From Phaeosaccion multiseriatum (taxonomy: Eukaryota > Protista > Ochrophyta, other classes), in assembly GCA_965112735.1 (NCBI GenBank), contig OZ218965.1, positions 2,046,001 to 2,110,000 of the forward strand: a stretch of 64,000 nt of DNA, in the 5' to 3' direction. This document shows positions 1-12,180 of the stretch, piece after piece; within the stretch, counting starts at the first letter, position 1; each line of letters begins with the position of its first letter. A program made the position numbers and the translations under genes. The notes beneath the pieces are model-generated. The model had not been told where the DNA came from. It did not search any database and saw nothing but the letters and a program-made list of their open reading frames with translations.

Positions 1-2600
1 CAGGGGGCGGACGAGGCTTCGTGTCCAGGAGTGAACTCGGGAAAATGAGCGACAGAGCACTGGACAGAGTGAAGGCGATGCTGGACATGTTCGATGAGGA
101 CAAGGACGGAAGGCTCAGCTTCTCAGAGTTCAGAGGTGCGTGCGCATCGACTCGGCTCGGCTCAACAACTCAACTCAGCAGCAGGCCGCAAAAGCTTCTA
201 TGACCCATTCCTCCCCACCCCACCCCACCCCACCAACCGACCCTGCTTGCGTACTCGTCCCGGAGGGTGTCGATGAACAGCGTGCGTGCCCGCTCCCTCC
301 TCTCTCACGCCGCGCCCCTCACATCCCGCTTCTCCACCCTCCCTTCCTCCTTGTGCATGCCCCCCCCACCTCTTTCCAACTCCACTCGAGAGAGCAGCCT
401 ATCTCGTTGCTCTTGACAGACACACCGCCCCTCCGCTCCACCAGCAGCTCACGCAGGACAGGTGAGGTGGGGTGGGGCGGGGCGGAACGTGCCTTCCTTC
501 CTTCCTTCCTTCCTTCCTTCCTTCCTTCCTTCCTTCCGTCCGTCCGTCCGTCCGTCCGTCCTTCCTTCCATCCTTCCTTCCTTCCTTCTGACAACGCTGA
601 CATCTGTGACCCCAACCCAACAGAGAGTTCTGGCTTGCCTATATGACCGACTTCTGTGGCGCCCACCCCGGGGGCTTTCTCGAGCTTCACCATTTTCAGG
701 AATACCGCCGTCTCACAGAGGCCGAGTACCCCCTGGAGAAGGACCTTCTGTGCTTGGGTGTCGACCTGCTGCCTAAGTACCTACGGAAGTGGATCGACTG
801 CGGGAACTGCTTCGACCGCCTTGATTACGAAACCGTCATGGCGGACGAGCATCTGCCCAGCGAGAAGAGAGGTGGGGAGACGGAAAGACGTGTGGAGGAT
901 GGGAATTTGTTGTTGGGGGTGTAGTGCCGTTAGACGGGAAGACTTGTGGAGGATGGGAATTTGTTGTTGGGGGTGTAGTGCCGGTAGACGGGAAGACGTG
1001 TGGAGGATGGGGAACTTGTTGTTGGGGGTGTAGTGCCGGTAGACGGGGAAGAGATGAATGAGTGAGAGAAGGACGGAGGGAAGGAGGGCACCCAGGAGGG
1101 TGTGGCGTATGGGCTATGCACACCACATACAGAAGCGTATGGGCTATGCACACCACATACAGAAGCGTATGGGCTATGCACACCACATACAGAAGCACAC
1201 CACATACAGAAGCGTATGGGCTATGCACACCACATACAGAAGCGTATGGGCTATGCACACCACATACAGAAGCGTATGGGCTATGCACCCCACATACAGA
1301 AGCGTATGGGCTATGCACCCCACATACAGAAGCGTATGGGCTATGCACCCCACATACAGAAGCGTATGGGCTATGCACACCACATACAGAAGCGTATGGG
1401 CTATGCACACCACATACAGAAGCGTATGGGCTATGCACACCACATACAGAAGCTGGCCCAGTGGAGTGGTGGGTGTGCTGCTCTGTTGCCGCCGCCTGAT
1501 GTTGTAACTGTAACATTGACGCCGTGCATTGAGTTGTTGCTCAGTTCCTCCCCAAGACCCCCCATCGAAAGAGATAAGAGCGTGAGAGTCTGGGCATCTA
1601 GCCCTAACCACCAAGCAAGGTGACACACACTGCCCTGCCCTTCCCCTCATCCCATCCGCTGCCATCCCCTCATCCCATCCGCTGCCATCCCCTCCACAGG
1701 AAAAATCTTCCGGGCAGATCTGCAGCAGCTCTTCGCGGACTGTGGAGAGCTCTACACTGTCTATGAGGTATGTGTGTGCGTGCGTGCGTGTGTGTGTGCG
1801 TGCGTGCGTGTGTGTGTGCGTGTATCTCAGATGCCTTCTCCTCTCCTCTCTCCCCACTCCCTCACCCTCACCCAGGTTGAGGTTGCCTCTTGTCGTATGA
1901 TCCAGCACGATGCCGTCGCCAGCAGCGTAAGGGCGGCGTACAGAGAGAGGAACCGCTTCGGCTTCCACCAGCAGACACTTGTGGTGAGCGAGGACAGCAA
2001 GCACTGCTACAGGGACGCCTTCCTCGCGTGGATCATGGCCGACAGACCGAGGCCCGAGCTGAAGGTGCGTGTGTGTGCGTGTGTGTGCGTGTGTGCGCAT
2101 GTGTGGGAGGGTGTCTATGTGTGTGTGTGTGTCAGCGTATGTGTGTGCGTGTGTATTGGGGGGGGGGGGGGTAGCGTTTGTGGGGGGGTGTGAGCGTGTG
2201 TCGTAGTCTATTGTGTGCTGTTTGCGTTGTGCGTGTGTGGGTGTGAGTGTGAGTGTGTGTGTGTTGTGTGTGTGCGTGTGAGTGCACCTTTCCCTGCTCA
2301 TGCCTACCCATACCCCTCTGCCTGTCCATACGCCTCTACCCACCCATACTCCTCCGCCTCACTGCCTCAGACCTGCGAGCGTCTCATGGTGTGGGCACGT
2401 ACACGAAGCACGCGGGCCCTGCGCTCCTTGACAAGAGCCGTGGAAGGAGCCATTGAAGATCTAGGGGCGTTAGGCAAGAAGGGACTGCTCAACGGTGGGT
2501 GGGGAGGGGGGAGAGGGTCGCTGCTGTATCACCAACTGCTGCGGTTGCTTGCGCTTGACAGACACTCGCTCCTCTCTCTCCGTACCGCTCCCTCTCCTCC

Positions 2601-2642
<42 letters not shown>

Positions 2643-3039
2643 CGTGTGTGTGTGTGTGTGTGTATGTATGTGTGTGTGTGTATGTGTGTGTGTGTGTGCG
2701 TGTGTATGTGCGTGTGTATGTGTGTGTGTGTGTGCGTGTATGTGTGTGTGTGTGCGTGTGTGTGTGTGTGTGTGCCTCCCCTCCCTCTCAGCGACTCTCC
2801 TGAGCCCCTTGAAGGCGGCTTCTGCCCAGGCCAAGGCGGATGTGTCTGTAGGGAGGGCTGAGGACGATGGGACGGGCATCTCCGTCTCCCTTCAGTTCAG
2901 GAATCGCAGCAATGGTCCGTGGAGAAGTTGCAGTAGTAGTATTAGTAGTAGTAGTAGTAGTAGTAGCAGTAGTCGTAGTAGTGGTAGTAGTAGCAGTAGT
3001 AGTAGTAATAGTAACAGTAACAGCAGTAGTAGTCGTAGC

Positions 3040-3074
<35 letters not shown>

Positions 3075-3384
3075 CAGTAGTAAGAGGAGTAGCAGTAGTA
3101 GTAGCAGCAGCAGCAGTAGTAGCAGTAGCAGCAGCAGTAGTAGGAGGAGGAGTAGGAGGAGTCGCAAGAACAGTCCGTGCGTGGTTCGGTCCGTTCCGTG
3201 CCTCGAGGCATACCCGCCCGGCGGTAGTGGCAGTGACGCATGGTGGAGCTTGTGGTTGCGATTGCAGCTTGAGGCTGGTGTGACTTTCTCTACTCTTTTC
3301 AGTTGAGCCTCATCACCCTCCCCCCATCCCCTCCGCACCCCATTCTCCTCCGCTACCGCTCTGCTTTCCTTCCTACTCTTGGCC

Positions 3385-3483
<99 letters not shown>

Positions 3484-3909
3484 CTCTCCTCAGCTTCATC
3501 GGAGTTTCCCATCGACAATCTCCCGCCCGGCATAGGCCTCTGCTTCTATCTCGACCTCGAGCCCAGAGAAGAAGCCACAGGTCCGTATGGTGGCTGACCT
3601 GAGAGAAGGCTATGGTATGCTATGGTGGCTGACCTGAGGGAAGGCTGACTGACTGACTGACTGACTTGTCTGACCAGCGCTATTGGCACCACTGGCCTGA
3701 GGGAAGGCTGACTGACTGACTGACTGACTGACTGACTGGTCTGACCAGCGACATTGGCATCACTGGCTTGAGGGAGAGAGGGCGAGGTGGGTCTACTCAC
3801 ACTCTTGCTCGAGCTCTTGCTCACGCTCTTGCTGACGCCCTTTCATGACCGCCCATTTCATTGGCGGCTTCTCCCCACACACGCGCACCACACACACACG
3901 CACACACGC

Positions 3910-3985
<76 letters not shown>

Positions 3986-6900
3986 CCAGAGGCCCAGCTG
4001 GGGGCCACAACGGCGGCTCTGAACCGCATTTTTAAGGTGTTGGCCGTGCCGGAGCTGAAGTGCCTCCCCCTCTTCCACTCCCTCCGAGGTCCGTATCATC
4101 GGTCATTGCCATGCATTGCCACCCCCCCCCCCATCCTCAATCCCTCCTCCTCCTCCTCCTCCTCCTCCTCCTCCTCCTCCTCCTCCTCCTCCTCCTCCTC
4201 CTCCTCCTCCTCCTCCTCCTCCTCCTCCTCCTCCTCCTCCTCCTCCTCCCTCCTCCTCATCCTCCTCCTCCTCCTCCTCCTCCTCCTCCTCCTCCTCCTC
4301 CTCCTCCTCCTCCTCCTCATCCTTTCACCCTCCTCGCCAGTGGTGCAGCTGTTAAGCGACGAAGATAACAGACCCTTCCTGCGAGTGCAAGTGATGCTTC
4401 TGGCAAGGGCCAACATTGACCTTGTGCTCAAGCGCATTGGAGTGGGTTGTCAGCTCAGCGATGTGATCTCCGAGCTCAGCCTCGACTTGTTCTGTCCAGC
4501 GTCTCTCGTGGGTAGGTAGGGTGGAGGGGGGATGGAGGGGAGAGGGGACAGGGAAGCGGGCAGAGAGGGGAGGAGGGAGGAGGGAGGAGGGGAGGGGGGA
4601 GGAGGGAGGAGGGAAGGGGGGAGGAGGGGAGGGGGGAGGAGGGGAGGGGGGAGGGGGGAGGAGGGAGGAGGGAGGAGGGGAGGTGGGAGGAGAGGAGGAG
4701 GGCAGAGGGCAGAGGTCAGAGGGTAGAAAAACGCCCCAAGTCAGTGAATCAACGAGGGAGGGCGGCACGGAAAGGAGGGTGAATCAACGCGGGTGGGAGG
4801 CAGCGAAAGGAGGGAAAGCGAAGGTGCGAGCATCCCGTTCGTCGCCTCACGCCGCCTCTGCCCGCCCCTCCCCGCCCCTCCCCGCCCTCTGTACTCCACC
4901 TCCCCCCTACAGATCTGTTCGATCTGAAACGGTCGGTGGTAGACGCGATGGTGACGCTGAGCCTCAGCTTGACCTGCTCCTACTGCCCGGGCATCGTGCA
5001 TAAGATAGCCGAGGTAAGTGAAGCACCAGAAAGAAAGAGAGGAGAGAGAGAAGAGAGACAGGGGGAGAGGGGGAGGAGAAGACAGAGAGAGAGAGAGAGA
5101 AGGAGGCGGATAGGGAGAGAGGAAAGGAAGGGAGAGAAGGCCGTGAGACAGCCACTGTGAGGCACCTGAGGCATCGTATATCGTGATCGTTGGGCATGCT
5201 AACCGTGATGCCCCGTGAGGCCCCGTGAGACGAGAGAGAGAGGGACGCATCATTGGTGGGGAGTAATTGACCTCCCCTCCTCCCCTGTTGCTTGTTTCGC
5301 CGGTGGATGCACGCCCATTGTTCGTGTAGCAGTGAGTTCTCTTCCCCTCAGACTCACGGCAACCCCCTCATGCATCATGCCTCATGCCTCATGCCTCATG
5401 CCTCATGCCTCATGCCTCATGCCGCATGCCTCTTGCCGCATGCATCATGTCTCATGCCTCATGCCTCATGCCTCATGCCTCATGCCTCTTGCCTCATGCC
5501 TCATGCCTCATGCCTCATGCCTCATGCCTCATGCCTCATGCCTCATGCCTCATGCCTCATGCCTCATGCCTCATGCCTCATGCCTCATGCCTCATGCCTC
5601 TTGCCTCATGCCTCATGCCTCATGCCTCATGCCTCATACCTCATGCCTCATACCTCATACCTCATGCCTCATGCCTCATGCCTCATGCCTCATGCCTCAT
5701 GCCTCATGCCTCATGCCTCATGCCTCATGCCTCATGCCTCATGCCTCATGCCTCATGCCTCATGCCTCATGCCTCATGCCTCATGCCTCATGCCTCATGC
5801 CTCATGCCTCATGCCTCATGCCTCATGCCTCATGCCTCATGCCTCATGCCTCATGCCTCATGCCTCATGCCTCATGCCTCATGCCTCATGCCTCACGCCT
5901 CATGCCTCATGCCTCATGCCTCATGCCTCATGCCTCATGCCTCATGCCTCATGTCTCATGCCTCATGCCTCATGCCTCATGCCTCATGCCGCATGCATCA
6001 TGCCTCATGCCTCATGCCTCATGCCTCATGCCTCATGCCTCATGCCTCATGCCTCATGCCTCATGCCTCATGCCTCATGCCTCATGCCTCATGCCTCATG
6101 CCTCATGCCTCATGCCTCATGCCTCATGCCTCATGCCTCATGCCTCATGCCTCATGCCTCATGCCTCATGCCTCATGCCTCTTGCCTCATGCCTCATGCC
6201 TCATGCCTCATGCCTCATGCCTCATGCCTCATGCCTCATGCCTCTTGCCTCATGCCTCATGCCTCATGCCTCATGCCTCATGCCTCATGCCTCATGCCTC
6301 ATGCCTCATGCCTCATGCCTCATGCCTCATGCCTCATGCCTCACGCCTCATGCCTCATGCCTCATGCCTCATGCCTCATGCCTCATGCCTCATGCCTCAT
6401 GCCTCATGCCTCATGCCTCATGCCTCATGCCGCATGCATCATGCCTCATGCCTCATGCCTCATGCCTCATGCCTCATGCCTCATGCCGCATGCATCATGC
6501 CTCATGCCTCATGCCTCATGCCTCATGCCTCATGCCTCATGCCTCATGCCTCATGCCTCATGCCTCATGTCTCATACCTCATGCCTCATGCACCCCCCCC
6601 CTCCCTCCCAGGAGTGGCTGTCCGTGGAGGAGCAGCGGCCTTACGAGTTCAAGCAGGACTACGCGGAGGTCGCCAGGGAGGACGTGAGTTTCAGTTTCGC
6701 TTTCAGTTTCACTTTCAGTTTCAGCTTTAGTTTCAGCTTTAGTTTCAAGGTTGAGTTGATACAAGGAGTTTGGTCTTTCTGTGAGGGGTGTGCAGATGCG
6801 CTTGTCTTCGCAGCGTCACACCTCTCCGTCATCTCTGACTGACGTCACTCTCTCCTCTCCCCTCCCTCCCTCGTTCTTCGTCCCCTCCTTCATTCACTAG

Positions 6901-9427
6901 AGGACTCATGTGGCGCGCACTCGAGAGGCAAACCCGTTCATGACGCACCCCCTTCGCCCCCTCCGAAGGGCCCAACCCGAACAGCCATGGTGGAGTAGAG
7001 TATGTCACAGAGCCACACCGGGGGAGAGGGACAGGAGGAGGAGGGAGTATAGAGCGCGTGTTGCAGAGGCAAGGGGGCTGCTCAGGCAGGTTAAGGGGAC
7101 CAAGGTGCGTGCGTGGGGAGAGAGAGAGAGATTGATGGAGAGAGAGAGGTGGGGGGAGAGAGGGAGAGGGAGAGGGAGAGGGAGAAGTGGGGAGAGTGAG
7201 GGAGAGAGAGTGGGAGATAGAGGGAGAGAGAGGTGGGGAGAGAGTGAGAGAGAGGGAGAGGGAGGGGGAGATGGAGAGAGAGGGAGGTAGAGAGAGAGGG
7301 AGAGGGAGAGATAGTGTGAGAGAGAGAGGGAGAGTGGGAGAGAGACGGAGAGAGAGAGAGAGAGTGAGAGAGACAGTGAGAAAGAGGGGAAGCGAGACAG
7401 AGAGGGAGAGAGGGGGAGAGGGAGAGAGAGACGGACGGAGAGAGAGACGGTGATAGAGGGAGAGAGAGTGAGAGAGACAGGGAGAAAGAGGGGTGAGAGG
7501 GATAGAGAGAGGGAGATAGAGGGAGAGAGAGTGAGAGAGACAGTGAGAAAGAGGGGTGAGAGGGATAGAGAGAGGTTAAGGGGGCAGCAGCGCGTGCTGG
7601 GGTGTGTGTGGAAGGTGGTTTTGTTTTGTGGAGAGGGGAGGGGAGGGGAGGGGGGATGGCGAGAGGTCGAGAGTAGAGGCGTATGGGAAGGAAGGGAGAT
7701 GTATGGTGGAGGCATAGGAGGGGGAGGCACAGACGAGCAACAAGAGCACCAGCTCCCTGTTAGGGTGTGTCAGCACAGTTTCTCTGTCGCTCTCTTTCTC
7801 CATCACCCTCTCTTTCTCTCGCACTCTCCCTCACACACACACACACACTCTCTCTCTCTTTCCCTACTTCCTTCCGTCTCTCCCTCTCTCTTGATCTTTC
7901 TCCTTCTTCTCTGCTGGCTTCCTCCTCTCTCTCTCTCCACTTCCCTATCCCTCCCTCTCTTTCTCTCTCTCTCCAACACCAGGCCGTTTCGATCGTTCTC
8001 CAATTTGACAAACTGAGTGAGGCTCTGTGGAGAGGGGGGGCGTACCTCAAGGGCTTCTTGCCCCCCTGGGTCACGCTCGAGGTAATAGTGAACAGCAGTA
8101 GTGGACAGCAATAGTGGACAGCAGTAGTGGACAGCAATAGTGGACAGCAGTGGTAGCAGCAGAGCTCACTGACTGACTGGCTGACTGGCTGACTCACTGA
8201 CTTTCTTCTCACTGTACTGCTTTCGTCTCTATCCTGCCCTCGCCTCACCTCAGCTGTCCCCTCCCCTCCCCTCCCCTCCCCTCCCCTCTCTCAGAGCATG
8301 ACTTCGAAGGGCGCAGTGTCTGCCCACTTCAAGCCGTGGAAGCAACGTCTGTGGGAGGAGCTGCAGGCAGTCAGGAAGGGCATTGCTGAAAGTGCAGGCA
8401 CCGCGCACATCAGAGAGGCCAAGAGAGAGAAGGCCAAGAAGGAAAGGAGGCACAAGAAGAGGAAGCAGCATGAGGACCACCTCAAGGAAAAGGCACGTAG
8501 GCATGTTGGTGGTCTTGTACGTCTCACAGGTGGCTGGAGCTGGGACAGGGGCTCAGGCGGTGGCTGGGGTGCGAAGGCGACCAAAGCACCGAAGCCTTCG
8601 ACCTAGGCGCCACCGAGCGAGACCCTATCCCATCAGTACCAACCAGACCCGAGCCGAGTCGGCCAGGAGCGCCGGATGGTACATACCCCCCACACCTTAC
8701 ACGCATGGTGTATACCCCCCCAACACCTTATACGCATGGTGCATACCCCACATCGTATACCGATACCCGACGACCGACCGACGCTGCCCCCCCTTCCTTT
8801 CTCACCTGCTCCTCCCCTCCCCTCCCCCTCCCCTCCCCTCTCCTCTCCTCCCCTCCCCTCCCCTCCCCTCCCCTCCCCTCCCCTCTCCTCCCCTCTCCTC
8901 CCCTCCCCTCCCCTCTCCTCCCCTCCCCTCCCCTCCCCTCCCCTCCCCTCCCCTCCCCTCCCCTCCCCTCCCCTCCCCTCTCCTCCCTTCCTCCCCAACA
9001 GATAGGGCACGCTGCCTCAGCCCTGGATGAGCTCAAAGCCCTCGGTCTTTCCACCTCCGTCCTCAGTGGCCTCGTGTTCGAATCCGGCCTCACAGACTTC
9101 ACCGCCCACCTCGACGGCAGCCGCGCCAGGCAGTGGGCCAGCTCAAAGATGCTTTTGGACGGTTTCCGCCTCTGCGTGACCAACCTGCTGGGCGTCAAGG
9201 GCTGTACGCTGCAATCCGGCCTCAACGCGCTCGTGCTGGAGGTGGCCGGGCTGGATGTCATGGACCTCTTTGCTTGTGCCGATGACATTTGGTTTTGGGA
9301 AGAGCTAATGACCAAGGCGGAGCAGGCACGTGAGACCAGCAATAGCAGCAGCAGCAGCAGCGGTGGTCAATCCGACGGCGGCGGCGTTGGTGGTGGCCGT
9401 GGGGTTCCAGAACAGCAGGCGGGGTAG
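1..9427 (+). CDS. EF-hand-containing protein of unknown function (5'-partial, ~16 exons)
   Basis: Canonical EF-hand loop [13 protein letters not shown] in exon 1. Exons join in phase across GT-AG introns: approx 1-135, 398-461, 624-871, 1700-1767, 1876-2064, 2371-2494, 2792-2914, 3494-3580, 3990-4088, 4341-4511, 4913-5013, 6612-6683, 6901-7104, 7983-8081, 8295-~8500 (donor ambiguous), 9002-9427 (TAG). Confidence 0.7.
878..1049. repeat. ~55-bp intronic tandem repeat x3
   Basis: AGACGGGAAGACGTGTGGAGGATGGGAATTTGTTGTTGGGGGTGTAGTGCCG repeated three times just after the donor of exon 3. Confidence 0.9.
1105..1452. repeat. 30-bp minisatellite, 11 full + 1 partial copy
   Basis: Unit GCGTATGGGCTATGCACACCACATACAGAA; intronic. 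Confidence 0.95.
2931..3483. repeat. (AGT/AGC)n and (TCA)n microsatellites in one intron
   Basis: AGT/AGC run about 2931-3160; TCA run about 3385-3483. Confidence 0.95.
5366..6591. repeat. (CCTCATG)n heptamer satellite, ~1.2 kb, intronic
   Basis: Nearly pure 7-bp repeat ending just before the acceptor at 6611; source of the spurious MPHASCL ORFs. Confidence 0.97.
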
Positions 9428-9959
9428 GCAGGGCAGGGTAAAGGTGTATGGGCAGGGCGGGGTAGGCAGGGCGGGGTAGGCAGGGCAGGGTAGAGGTGTA
9501 TGGGTAGGCAAGCAAGCGCCTCGCTCCGATCGCCGCAGACAGACAGACAGACAGACAGACAGACACGCTGGAGAGGCAGGAAGTCAGGAGGGGAGGGTGG
9601 GATGCCTCTGCTGTGTCCCCTCCCCTCCCCTCCAGGTAGACACGCGCGGGGAAAAGATGACGAACAATGAATGACCAATGTACCTGGAGAGACGCTTAGC
9701 AAATCTTGCTTTCAGTCGGTTTTAATCCACTTATTAGGCTCTTGTTGCGTTCAATCACACCACAACATCAGCACTTTGCTATCTTCTCTCAGCGGGGCTG
9801 CGATGATGGACCTTCCCCATCCCGATCCCGATCGATCTATCATTCCATCCGCTGCCCGTTCCTCCCCCCCCCCCCTCCCCTCTCCTCCTCCCCCCCCCTT
9901 CTCCCCGCCCTCGTGCTGCCCACCCTTCTTCCGGAACGAGTCTTCCCCCTTTCCCTCTT

Positions 9960-9992
<33 letters not shown>

Positions 9993-10134
9993 CACATGCA
10001 CTCACTCCCTGTCCACGCCGCTGCGTTGTCGTCCCCCCTCAGTCTCCGCCCTCCCCTCCGAGTGCTGCTGTATCACCAACTGTTGCTGCTGCTGCTACTA
10101 CTTGCTGCCCCCCTTCCCACCCTCCCCTACGACC

Positions 10135-11418
10135 TTACAAGGACCGCACTTTAGGAGGCTTTGTCTTGCCCAGGGCCCCTCCTCCGCTGCCCGCGAGACC
10201 GAAGAGCGAGGGGCGCTTCTTCTCGGGCCCAAGGGGCGTGGCGTCCTTGATGGCGAAGTTCTCAATGATGGGGATGGCCCCCAACTGGCGACTCCTGCGA
10301 ATCGTCTTGCTGACCTTCCGCTGACACTTGGCACACAAGCCTGTGAGTCGACGCTTCTTGATCATGCCGTTGGGGCTGAGGAAGCGCTGTAGTAAAGGCA
10401 GGTTTTGGAAATGCAGGTCGTTGTGGTCGAAGATGAGGCAGTGGCCTCGCTCCAGGAACTTGCCCTGCTTCTTGCCGCGGCACCTATGCACATCATTCCC
10501 CATGGCAAGCTCCGGCACGGTCACCCCGAGAGGCGTCCCCTTGAACTGCTCTTCTTCTTCCGAGGTTTCAGGTTTGCGCGTCGTGTCCGCGGCTCTCCTG
10601 AGCACGTTGTAATCCAGCATGGCGGTGTCGGGCTCATTGTCGCCATAGGCTTCTTGGTAGGCCTCCTTGAAGCGCTGCGTGAACTGGTACTCCTTCTCCT
10701 TGTCCGAGCCGGGGGCGCCCACCATGTCGTAGTGCTCCTTGATCTTCTGCTGCGGGGTCTTGAGCATCTCCTTGCCCCAGCGGTACGGATTAACGAGCAC
10801 TTCGTTGTACTCCTCCTCCGCCTTCCTCTCCGCCTCCTCCCGCGCGAGTTCCTCCTGCCGCTTCTGGCGCCTCTCCTGCGCACTCTCCATGCTTCCGTCC
10901 AGGTTGCTGCCAGTGTATCCAGGCGGATTGGAAAGGTAATCAGTCCCCCCGTAGTCCACGCGTCTGGGAGGAATGACTCGAGCCTTAGTAGGCCCTCCGA
11001 CCCTTTCTACCCCGTCTCCTTCTCCCTTGAGATAGTCGGCCAAGGGCCCCAGCCCCTCCTTGTCACCTCCTCCTGCCGCTCCTGCTGCTGATGACCCCGT
11101 CTCCCCCGCTTCGCTGTGCCCCTCTGTTGCTCCATCTGCCCAAGGGAACTCTTTCCTACCAGCAACTCCCCACGTCCCGTCCTCCTCATCTCCCCCTCCT
11201 CCTCGTCCTTGCCCTCCCGAGGAAAAGTGTCTCCGTCTATAAATGCTGCTGTTGCTGCTGCTGCTGCTACTGCTGCTCTTCGAAGTGGCTGCATCTTTCT
11301 TTCCGTCGCCAGCAGCACGGAGGGGATGTGTTCCACTGACGGCAGCACAGGCGGTGTGGAACCCTTGCTGCTGCTGCTGCTGCACAACACGGGCCAGCCT
11401 ATCCAGCCCACGAATCAT
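10135..11418 (-). CDS. MRPS18: Mitochondrial ribosomal protein bS18m (S18 family) with long N-terminal extension; intronless
   Basis: C-terminal S18 signature LHFQNLPLLQRFLSPNGMIKKRRLTGLCAKCQRKVSKTIRRSRQLGAIP; Arg/Ser-rich mitochondrial-type N-terminus. Confidence 0.88.
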   Translation of the reverse strand: MIRGLDRLARVVQQQQQQGFHTACAAVSGTHPLRAAGDGKKDAATSKSSSSSSSSNSSIYRRRHFSSGGQGRGGGGDEEDGTWGVAGRKEFPWADGATEGHSEAGETGSSAAGAAGGGDKEGLGPLADYLKGEGDGVERVGGPTKARVIPPRRVDYGGTDYLSNPPGYTGSNLDGSMESAQERRQKRQEELAREEAERKAEEEYNEVLVNPYRWGKEMLKTPQQKIKEHYDMVGAPGSDKEKEYQFTQRFKEAYQEAYGDNEPDTAMLDYNVLRRAADTTRKPETSEEEEQFKGTPLGVTVPELAMGNDVHRCRGKKQGKFLERGHCLIFDHNDLHFQNLPLLQRFLSPNGMIKKRRLTGLCAKCQRKVSKTIRRSRQLGAIPIIENFAIKDATPLGPEKKRPSLFGLAGSGGGALGKTKPPKVRSL

Positions 11419-12180
11419 CTCCTACCAACGCACACACCGCTCCTCCCAGCCTACTTGGAGAGGCACCAAACACGGCTGCCCCCCTTCAAGAATGGCAGTA
11501 GCAGGAGCAGCGCGGTACAGGGTGCTGGGGGGCTGTGGTGCTTTTTTTTTCTCTCTCCTTCTCTCTGACCTCCCCCCCATATGCTCGGCATGGTCATTTG
11601 TGAATCGTATGCCCAACCTCCCAATCCCACGTAGTGCTTAGGTTGATTGGTACGTACTTCGTAGTACATTCCTACAGGTCAATATCCTGCCAGGGAGGTA
11701 GGTTGGGTGTGCGGTGCGATACGCTGCACCACACGCAACATGTGAGTTTTAGGGCTATGGGTGTGACTCATCCTCCACCAGGCCATACCAGGCCATGAGC
11801 CCTTGGTCACCTTGGCAACGATCCTCCACCAGGCCATGAGCCCTTGGCAACGCACAGACACTAGTCGCGAGAGCCCCAACGCTCACTAAACGACTGTGTA
11901 GCAGTGCTCACTCGAGACAATCTCGTCAAGTCTAATCCTCTTCCATTTTCCCTCTCCTCTCCTTTACTCTACTCCTTTACTCTACTCTATCTCAACATAA
12001 CATGCCGACCATGCTCGAGTGAAAAACCCTTCCTCTCTGGGTGGGGTGATGGACTGTCCCGAAACCCACAAAACTGAGCCGAGCCCTGTCCGTTCGTTCG
12101 CAACTAAAACTGCAAACTACATTGTAGTACCTCTTTGCATTGGCCCTGGCCCTGGAACTGAGGGCGGGCAAGCGAATGAA

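Noticed and set aside
5215-6842. 450-516 aa MPHASCL ORFs
   Set aside because: Artefact of a stop-free 7-bp repeat inside an intron whose flanking exons join in phase.
8490-8525. GC donor (AAG|GCACGT) in the EF-hand gene
   Set aside because: In-phase GT donors (GTTGGT, GTACGT) lie just downstream, so GC use is not required.
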